Below are positions 1-6,471 of a stretch of 6,471 nt of DNA, piece after piece. Position numbers and translations under genes: made by a program. Source of the stretch: Octopus sinensis (taxonomy: Eukaryota); assembly GCF_006345805.1 (NCBI RefSeq), contig NW_021829337.1, positions 1-6,471 on the forward strand, read 5' to 3'. Under the pieces are notes generated by a model. That model did not search any database. It had not been told where the DNA came from and was given only the letters and a program-made list of their open reading frames with translations. Positions within the stretch are counted from its first letter, which is position 1; each line of letters begins with the position of its first letter.

Positions 1-1553
1 AAACTTCTCACCTCTTGTAATCTGTGGTCTCCAATATGTATGTTTGGATGTCCGATGTAGCCTGACCCATGATGTTGGTCTTCTTAAGGCTGATAGCTAA
101 GCCAAAGTCGTTACATGCTTGCTCAAAACAGTTAATGAGCCTTTGGAGGACTTCTTCTGTGTGTGATACCAGAGCGGCATCATCAGCAAATAGCATCTCC
201 TTGATCAGGACGTTTTGATTTTGGTCTTGGCACCAGGCGCGAGAGATTGAACAGTTTCCCGTCACTTCTACTGTGCAGAAACACTCCATCATCTGATGTC
301 TGAAAGGCATGTGAGAGTAAGAGCGAGAAGAAGATGCCAAACAATGTAGGAGCGAGGACACAACCTTGCTTTATCCCGTTTTTTATTTGGAAGGCGGCTG
401 ATGTTGAACCGTTGTGCGATGTATGGTGCCTTGCATGTCATCATGGAAAGACTTGATGATCCTCAGCAGCTTTGGTGGACATCCGATTTTTTGGAGCAGG
501 GTGAAGAGGCCTGTCTGCTTACCGAGCAAAGGCCTTTGTTAGATCAATGAAGGCCATATATAATGGCATTCTTGCTCTCTGGACTTCTCCTGAAGTTGGC
601 GTATGGAGGATATCATATCGATAGTTGATCTGCTTTTCCAAAGCCACACTGCGATTCCGGATAGATTCGAGAAGCAAGTAGTTGTAGCCTGGCCAGGATA
701 ACCGGGCAAAGGTCTTTCCAACAGTGCTTAGAAGAGATATTCCACGGTAATTGTTACAATCACCACGGTCACCTTTGTTTTTGTAAAGCGTAATGGTGTT
801 AGCATCCCGCATATCCTGAGGGACTGTACCCTCTTCCCAGCACTGACACAGAAGCTCATGAAAGTGCCGAAGCAGGATGGTGTTTTTGCCGGCTTTGATG
901 ATCTTGAGGGGGATGCCGTCTTTTCCCGGAGCCTTGTTTCTTGCTAGGGAGTCAACAGCCTTGATGAGCTCTGCTATAGATGGCGGACTGTCAAGTTCGC
1001 ACATGACTGGCAAGATCTTGACACTCTCGACTGCAGCCTCAGCCACTGTAGTCTCCCGTGAGTAGAGATCCTGGTAGTGCTCCACCCATCTATCCACTTG
1101 CTTGCGTTGATCCCTGATGAGATCTCCAGTAGTTGATTTCAGAAGGGCTGACTTGGTTGCGGATGGACCGAGGGCCTTCTTCAAACTGGCATACATCCCA
1201 CGGGTATCGTCACTGTCAGCAGCTGACTGGATACTCTGACAGATTTCCTGCCAATACCTATTTGCACAGCGTCTGGCTGTCAGTTGGGTTTTATTTCGTG
1301 CCTTTCTGAGTTCTTCGAGTGACTTTGTAGAAGAGTCACTCTTGTATTGCATCAGAGCTGCACGCTTTGCTTCGATAACTGGCTCCAGCTCTGAGAGCCC
1401 AGCATTGAACCAATCTGGGTTTTGCCTTTCTCTCATGCCGAAAGTATCTATTGATGTCGTATACAAAGCTTCCCTGATATAGTTCCACCTACTTTCAGCA
1501 GAGGAGGGTTGGGCAGCCACTGAGGGCAACCTTGATAGAAGCAGCAAAAACAT
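1..1553 (-). pseudogene. Linker plus reverse transcriptase domain of the RTE element, frameshifted and truncated by the window edge
   Basis: ORF 519..1553 is open through the linker and RT N-terminus (KAPGKDGIP ~909-938; YRGISLL ~729-749). The sequence then changes frame repeatedly: ILARLQLLASRIYPESQCGF, STIDMISSIRQLQEK, AFIDLTKAF (~528-554), GIKQGCVLAPTLF (QG ~360-368), FADD (179-190), and IHIGDHRLQEVRSF at the left edge. Confidence 0.93.
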
Positions 1554-1644
1554 TTTCGCAGTGTAGGGTCCGAGGTTCTGGCAGTGTTAATGCGTGGTCG
1601 GCCCACTTTCTTGGAGCGATGGACTTTTTTAGGTAGAATCCTCA

Positions 1645-2446
1645 CCCTACTTTAATTAGTGAGTGGTCTGTGTCACAATCCGCGCTGTGGTAACTGGGGT
1701 CAATAGAGTAGAATTCAGAAAGGATCTCCGTGTAATGATGAGATCCAGCTGATGCTAGTGGTGAGATCTTGGATGTCTCCAAGATGCCTTGTGGGATGGC
1801 TTGTTGGTAAAAAGAATGTGTTTGTGATGCACAGGTTGTGGTATGTGCAGAATTCGAGTAGTCTCTGACCATTGTCATTCATGTTGCCAATACCAAAGTG
1901 TCCAACACAAATGGGCCACGAATCATGGTCAGATCCCACGCGAGCGTTAAAATCCCCTAGAAGGTAGATATTTTCAGTCGTTGGTATATTTTCTATGGCA
2001 CAGTTGAGATCTTTGTAGAACTGGTCCTTGGTCTCCTCTGAGCTGTAGAGAGTGGGAGCATAGATGCTGAGTAGATGTACTGAGCCAGAAGAAGTCGAGA
2101 GGCGCAGTGAGAGGATACGCTCAGTGCCTCCTGATGGTGGTTCTATTGAGGAGAGTAGTGAGTTTCTCACTGCAAAGTTGACGAGGTTCTTCTGGATCTC
2201 TTCCCTGCCAAAAGAAGGTGAAATCCTGCTCTTTGAGTTTGCCGTTTGAGGGAAGTCTTGTCTCCTGTTGAGCCTCTTTAGTTCATGGTCAATGATGGCC
2301 GTTTTCCTTGTGTCTTCAACCCTGATTAGATCATCAGATATTCCAGGGCACATGGTCCTGACATTCCAGCTTGCCAACCGCAGGAATGGTGTTTTCTTGA
2401 CTTTTAGTTGTTTGCCTGGTGCAGAAGTTGCAGGCCGCTTTTCAAG
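1645..2446 (-). pseudogene. Apurinic-like (APE) endonuclease domain of the RTE element, disrupted
   Basis: Built from ORF 1715..2377, an alternative frame at 2267-2178 (QETRLPSNGKLKEQDFTFFWQGRDPEEPRQ), an alternative frame KPSHKASWRHPRSHH*HQLDLIITRR (TAG at 1757-1755 replacing the expected Trp) and SYHSADCDTDHSL in ORF 1642..1878. At least four frameshifts and one premature stop. Confidence 0.92.
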
Positions 2447-2449
2447 TCA

Positions 2450-3020
2450 TACTCTTAGCTCCAAGCACCCAATGAAGCAGGCGGCCTGTGGCGGGTCAGC
2501 ACCTTATTAACTGGGGGCTGCCCAGCTTGAGGTGGGCAGTAGCTAACCAATAGGACACGGAGTCCCTCCCACCGTCAGAGGTAACCCGTAGCGCCCATAT
2601 TTTACGCCAATCTGAATGGACTTATCACTCGTGACTGTTACCTCCCGTGTTGTTTCTGCAGCTTTTTACAGCAGCACTGAAGTGTCCTCTCCAGTTTTGC
2701 GCAGGCCTGGGCTAGAGATAAGAAAGTCCTGGGTAGCCCAATCGTCAGTTTTCTCTCTCGACCTTGCTGATGTAGTCCAAAGGAGGTGCAGTGCATACGT
2801 TTGGCACCAGCTTGGTTGCAGGAGCTGCCGGAAGAGTGTCGAGTCGAACACTAGACCGCCTTCGGGCTCCACTCCGGATTTCTTTGAAGGTTGTCTCCTT
2901 TCCGTAACCCTGGATAGGGGCCCATACCGGGTACTGTCAGCCGGAGCCAGCTGAGCCGGAACTCGTGTCAGGCAGGGTCGTCACTCCCTGAAGTAGTGAA
3001 GAAGTTCGCTACCCACTACC
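2450..3020 (-). other. 5' UTR of the RTE element (probable internal promoter and structured leader)
   Basis: GC-richer segment contiguous with and upstream of the endonuclease, with only short non-homologous ORFs and several hairpins, e.g. CTGCCCA-8nt-TGGGCAG at 2539-2518. Promoter function is inferred from LINE biology, not shown. Confidence 0.65.
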
Positions 3021-3034
3021 TTTAACCCACTACC

Positions 3035-3133
3035 TATATATATATATAATATATATATATTATATATATATATATATATATATCGATATCTATATATTAT
3101 ATATATATAATATTATATATATATATTATATAT
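3035..3133. repeat. Imperfect (TA)n microsatellite
   Basis: Directly visible. Confidence 0.97.
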
Positions 3134-3620
3134 TCGACTTAAAGATGGATCGCTATTTAGCATATAATTTAGTTATTGCGGTTCATTATTAATACCGATA
3201 CAATGTGCATTGGTTCAAATGTCTCTGGTTCTAGTTTAGTAAGGTTAAGTTTAATCCTGCCTATATATTGATAAGAATGTTTTTCTTAAGCTTTACTTTA
3301 TATCACACTACGGAAGACGGTAGGGATTATAATTTTTTATAACTTAATTGAGTTGTCGCCGTTTAGTTACGTATTTAGGAGGGGGTTGTAATTTACTTAT
3401 GGAGTTTATTTATCGATACGGTTATATATTGGGTAAATGTGTTTGAAAGTTGTGGTTTCTTTGGTTTGTTTGTTCCCAAACAACACTTATTTTAGTACTG
3501 TTGACACTGCCGGATTGAATGGTACTGCTCTGGTGTCGAAACCCTAATGATATCCGTGGGGCAGCTGATGATGGAGATATCTTGGATTGTTGAAATGGCT
3601 GTGGAATAGTATTATAACAG
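3133..3620 (+). mobile_element. Possible interspersed repeat, tentatively a Penelope-like element terminal (pLTR) fragment
   Basis: AT-rich non-coding block abutting (TA)n and ending in a CTGATGA...GAAA hammerhead-like motif. Its start (TTCGACTTAAAGATGGATCGCTATTTAGCAT) resembles, from memory only, an abundant octopus repeat. I found no PLE coding sequence. Confidence 0.35.
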
Positions 3621-3677
3621 ATCCTTTAATATACTGTAAAGTAAAATCATAGTCAACTAAACTTGACTAAGGGTGTC

Positions 3678-3776
3678 AAGACACCTACATTGCTTAGAAG
3701 TAGGAGCTAAAGACACCTACATTGCTTAGAAATAGGAGCTAAAGACACCTACATTGCTTAGAAATAGGAGCTAAAG
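3678..3776. repeat. Tandem repeat, 3 x 32 bp plus 3 nt (AAGACACCTACATTGCTTAGAARTAGGAGCTA)
   Basis: Units at 3678-3709, 3710-3741 and 3742-3773 differ at one position (G in unit 1, A in units 2 and 3). No spacers. Confidence 0.97.
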
Positions 3777-3848
3777 TGCCCTTACATAGCACATGATATA
3801 TACTCTGATAGGGGCTGCACCCTTAGCCAAGTTATATGTACTGATATT

Positions 3849-4240
3849 GGCTGTGTGGTAAGATCCTTGTTTCCTGACTACATGGTTCCGGGCTCAGTCC
3901 CACTGTGTGGCAATTTGGGACAGTGTCTTCTACTACAGCCTCAGGCCGACCAATGCTTAGTGAGTTGATTTGGTAGACGGAAACGGAAAGAAGCCTGTCG
4001 TATATGTGTGTGTGTATGAGTCTGTGTGTGTGTGTGTACCCCACCGTTGTTTGATAACCGGTTTTGGTGCGTTTACACACCAACTTAACGGCTCGACAAA
4101 AGAGAACGACAGAATAAGTACCAGGCTCAAACGAAAGAAAAATAATAAATACCGGGTTAGATTCATTTGACTAAAAAATCTTCAACGCAGTGCTCCAGCA
4201 TTGCCGCAGTCTAATGACTGAAACAAGTAAAACATAAAAT
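3849..4240 (+). mobile_element. tRNA-derived SINE with CORE-like segment, copy 1 (near full length)
   Basis: A-box-like TGGCTGTGTGGT, B-box-like GGCTCAGTCCC, internal (TG)n, and 3' tail GTGCTCCAGCATTGCCGCAGTCTAATGACTGAAACAAGTAAAA. Aligns with two further copies in the window. Confidence 0.9.
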
Positions 4241-4842
4241 ATAGTTACATTTGATAATTACTGCATTCGATTCAGACTAAACCGAGCTTTGCCTTGAAGA
4301 TCGGTGAACTTTCGGTACAGGTAACAGTCAATCAGGACTCCTCTAAGTGATTCGCCGTTCGATAGTTTTGCAACAACCAACAAAAGAGTTTCACAGGACA
4401 CATATAGTTTTGAAAAGATGCTGACACTGAACTTACTCCGTAGCTCATTTAAACACCTGTTTGTTGATATTCTAGATCCCAAAAATAATTCTTGGGAGTT
4501 ATTTCAGGATAATTCTTGTAAAATAAAAAACAAAAAGCGAAGTAGACAATTCTAAAATGAGAACTAATTTAAAACTGAATAGGATTGGAAACATGCAGAA
4601 TGGGATGCAATTCTGATCATGTTCAATGCCACACTGCATGACCCATCGCTATTCAATTTAATTCTGGAATAGGTTTTATAACCTTGGTGGCATGGCTTTT
4701 CATACTGTGAAAATTAAATGTTTAATGCTGACATGCAGTTGATAGCCGTACGTTCTAGAAATTATTTATGATAACGAACGCACTCGCCTATTATTGTGTC
4801 TTGTCTTCTGGTCCCGTAGGCAAAACGAATGCATACGTATAC

Positions 4843-5130
4843 AGGTGCAGGTGTGGTTGTGTGGATAGACGTTGATGTGGCTGTGTAATAAGAAGTTTGG
4901 TTCGCAACCACATGATTCTGGGTTCGGTCCCGCCGCGTCGAAACTTGGGCAAGTGTCTTCTACTATTGGCCCGACTAAAGTCTTGTGAGTGAATTTGATA
5001 GACAGAAACTGAAAGAAGCCCATCGTATATGTGTGTGTGGGTGTGTGCATCTATTCTATGTGTGTATGTGTGTATCTTTGTGTTTGTATTTGTTTGTCTT
5101 CCACCACAACTTTACAACCAGTGTTGGCTT

Positions 5131-5134
<4 letters not shown>
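4843..5134 (+). mobile_element. Same SINE family, copy 2; duplicated head, 3' part missing at a (TA)n tract
   Basis: B-box-like GGTTCGGTCC at 4921-4930. CTTGGGCAAGTGTCTTCTACT resembles the MIR/CORE motif ACCTTGGGCAAGT. Shares GAAACTGAAAGAAGCCC and the (TG)n segment with the other copies. Homology stops at ~5134. Confidence 0.88.
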
Positions 5135-5174
<40 letters not shown>

Positions 5175-5179
5175 ATATA

Positions 5180-5212
<33 letters not shown>
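5134..5212. repeat. Imperfect (TA)n microsatellite
   Basis: Directly visible. Confidence 0.97.
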
Positions 5213-5215
<3 letters not shown>

Positions 5216-5224
5216 AAAAAATAT

Positions 5225-5567
5225 AGGCGTAGAAGTGGCTGTGTGGTAAGTAGTTTGCTTACCAACCACATGGATCTGGGTTCAGTCTCACTGCGTGGCA
5301 CCTTGGACAAGTGTACTATAGCTTCGGGAGTGGATTTGGTATACGGAAACTGAAAGATGCCCGTATGTATGTGTGTGTGTATATGTTTGTGTGTCTGTGT
5401 TTGTCCCCTCAGCATCGATTGACAACCGATGCTGGTGTGTTTACATCCCCCGTAAGTTAGCGGATGGAATAAGTACTGAGCTTACAAAGAATAAGTCTTG
5501 GGGTCGATTTGCTCCAGCATGGCCGCAGTCGAATGACTGAAACAAGTAAAAGAGTAAAAGAGTAAAG
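5225..5567 (+). mobile_element. Same SINE family, copy 3; intact ends, several internal deletions
   Basis: Head AGGCGTAGAAGTGGCTGTGTGGTAAG (A-box-like 5236-5247), B-box-like GGTTCAGTCTC at 5279-5289, CORE-like GGCACCTTGGACAAGTG, and a 3' tail ending in (AGTAAAAG) repeated ~3 times at 5545-5567. Confidence 0.92.
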
Positions 5568-5685
5568 GTACAAATTAGTACCGGCAATTGCTTGAAATAA
5601 GTGTCAAAAACGACTCGAATAACCACACAAAGCACTAACCTCATGAACTGATGAAAAGCGAGGGAGCGAGATAGGCTCACAATAT

Positions 5686-5772
5686 GAAGTAAACAGATAT
5701 ATCCATATCACGTGATTTCGAACTCTGATCATTATAATCTTAGTTCTCATCAGGGACTTTCTCTGATACTTC
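5686..5772 (-). ncRNA. Type I hammerhead ribozyme (extended), one extra nucleotide in stem I
   Basis: Minus strand reads GAAGTA-T-CAGA-GAAA-GTCC [CTGATGA] GAACT-17nt-AGTTC [GAAA] TCACGTGAT A T GGAT-ATA-TCTG-TT-TACTTC. Both conserved core strands are present with the canonical G10.1-C11.1 and A15.1-U16.1 pairs, and all three stems can form. Confidence 0.8.
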
Positions 5773-5801
5773 GGACTAAAAGGGTAGAAGAATAAGAATA
5801 A

Positions 5802-5874
5802 GATGATGATGATGATGATCATGATTATGAAGATGATCATGATGATGATGATCATCATCATAATGATCGTGATG
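5802..5874. repeat. Imperfect (GAT)n/(CAT)n trinucleotide tract
   Basis: Directly visible; contains an internal strand switch. Confidence 0.93.
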
Positions 5875-5903
5875 AATATGTGTTTGTATGTTTCATGTGC
5901 ATA

Positions 5904-5975
5904 GATGATGATAGAGAGAGAGATAGAGAAAGAGGGAAGACAGACAGACAGACAGACAGACATGTAGATAGTTAT

Positions 5976-6044
<69 letters not shown>

Positions 6045-6058
6045 GATGATAGATAGAC

Positions 6059-6116
<58 letters not shown>

Positions 6117-6133
6117 GTAGATGGATAGAATAT

Positions 6134-6174
<41 letters not shown>

Positions 6175-6217
6175 CAGACAGAAGATAGATAGATAGATAG
6201 AATAGATAGATAGATAG

Positions 6218-6256
<39 letters not shown>

Positions 6257-6280
6257 CAGATAGATAGATAGACAGATAGC

Positions 6281-6335
<55 letters not shown>

Positions 6336-6339
6336 CGAC

Positions 6340-6418
<79 letters not shown>
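5904..6418. repeat. Compound microsatellite: short (GA)n-like tract, (GACA)n at ~5939-6010, (GATA)n at ~6011-6418
   Basis: Directly visible. Confidence 0.98.
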
Positions 6419-6419
<1 letters not shown>

Positions 6420-6471
6420 TTCGATGGAAAAGCTTAAGTGTTAGACAAGCATGCGTATATTCATACACTTG

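Larger units (their letters stand above)
1..3020 (-). mobile_element. RTE-clade (RTE/BovB-like) non-LTR retrotransposon, degenerate copy; 5' end apparently present, 3' end outside the window
   Basis: Minus-strand translation across frames gives APE endonuclease motifs (LASWNVRT, QETRL, IYAPT, LLGDFNARVG, ITNTFF, SWRHPRS, DCDTDH) followed by RT motifs (KAPGKDGIP, NYRGISLL, YPESQCGF, AFIDLTKAF, GIKQGCVLAPTLF, LFADDAAL, ISLKKT). A single EN-RT ORF with no long ORF1 upstream, plus these motif variants, fits the RTE clade. The 5' boundary is placed where GC-richer sequence ends at the (TA)n tract. Confidence 0.95.

Noticed and set aside
877-2510. Plus-strand ORFs 877..1065, 2064..2249 and 2268..2510
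   Set aside because: Antisense shadows of the LINE coding sequence.
2877-2946. Hammerhead, HDV-like or twister ribozyme at the RTE 5' end (CTCCGG-CTGACAG...GGAAAGG...CCGGAG)
   Set aside because: CTGACAG violates CUGANGA and ~9 extra nt separate stem III from stem I. HDV L3/P1.1/J4/2 and twister consensus motifs could not be fitted.
2616-2954. ORFs 2616..2954 (+) and 2666..2872 (-) as an ORF1 or host gene
   Set aside because: They lie in the LINE 5' UTR and have no recognisable motifs; the minus ORF starts at GTG.
3678-3776. CRISPR array
   Set aside because: The 32-bp units are directly adjacent with no spacers, there are no cas genes, and the context is eukaryotic.
4258-4482. 74-aa minus-strand ORF as a gene
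   Set aside because: Non-ATG start, short, and no recognisable homology.
4437-4514. Minus-strand exon between a T-rich AAG acceptor and a GTAAGT donor
   Set aside because: All three frames contain stops (best: NYPEITPKNYFWDLEYQQTGV*), and the region contains a local 10-bp duplication (ATAATTCTTG). A non-coding exon cannot be excluded.
5225-5300. tRNA gene at the SINE heads
   Set aside because: A/B-box-like motifs continue into the SINE body in all three copies, and no complete cloverleaf is evident.
3832-5415. ORFs 3832..4083, 3957..4166, 3970..4170, 4766..5050, 4985..5353, 5029..5226, 5031..5213 and 5182..5415
   Set aside because: They translate SINE (TG)n and (TA)n tracts (HTHT, CVCV, YIYI low complexity).
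5648-5691. Plus-strand CTGATGA as an opposite-polarity hammerhead
   Set aside because: It is followed by AAAG rather than a stem II closing pair, and no suitably placed GAAA or stem III follows.
5604-6468. ORFs 5604..5963 and 6280..6468
   Set aside because: Mostly translations of GAT, GACA and GATA microsatellites.

Overview
Eukaryotic, repeat-dense, apparently non-genic DNA. The SINE family and long (GATA)n/(TA)n tracts point to a cephalopod, most likely Octopus; this is recognition from memory, not a database hit. Bases 1-~3020 are a decayed minus-strand RTE-clade LINE with a ~570-nt 5' UTR, an APE endonuclease and a reverse transcriptase that runs off the left edge, broken by many indels. 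The rest holds (TA)n tracts, an AT-rich repeat-like block with a degenerate hammerhead-like motif, a 3 x 32-bp tandem repeat, three copies of one tRNA-derived CORE-like SINE, and a compound GAT/GA/GACA/GATA microsatellite. The most notable item is not in the ORF track: a nearly complete type I hammerhead ribozyme on the minus strand at 5686-5772. It has the full catalytic core, a 10-nt palindromic stem III and an extended stem I, but carries one extra nucleotide at the cleavage site. No intact protein-coding gene is supported.
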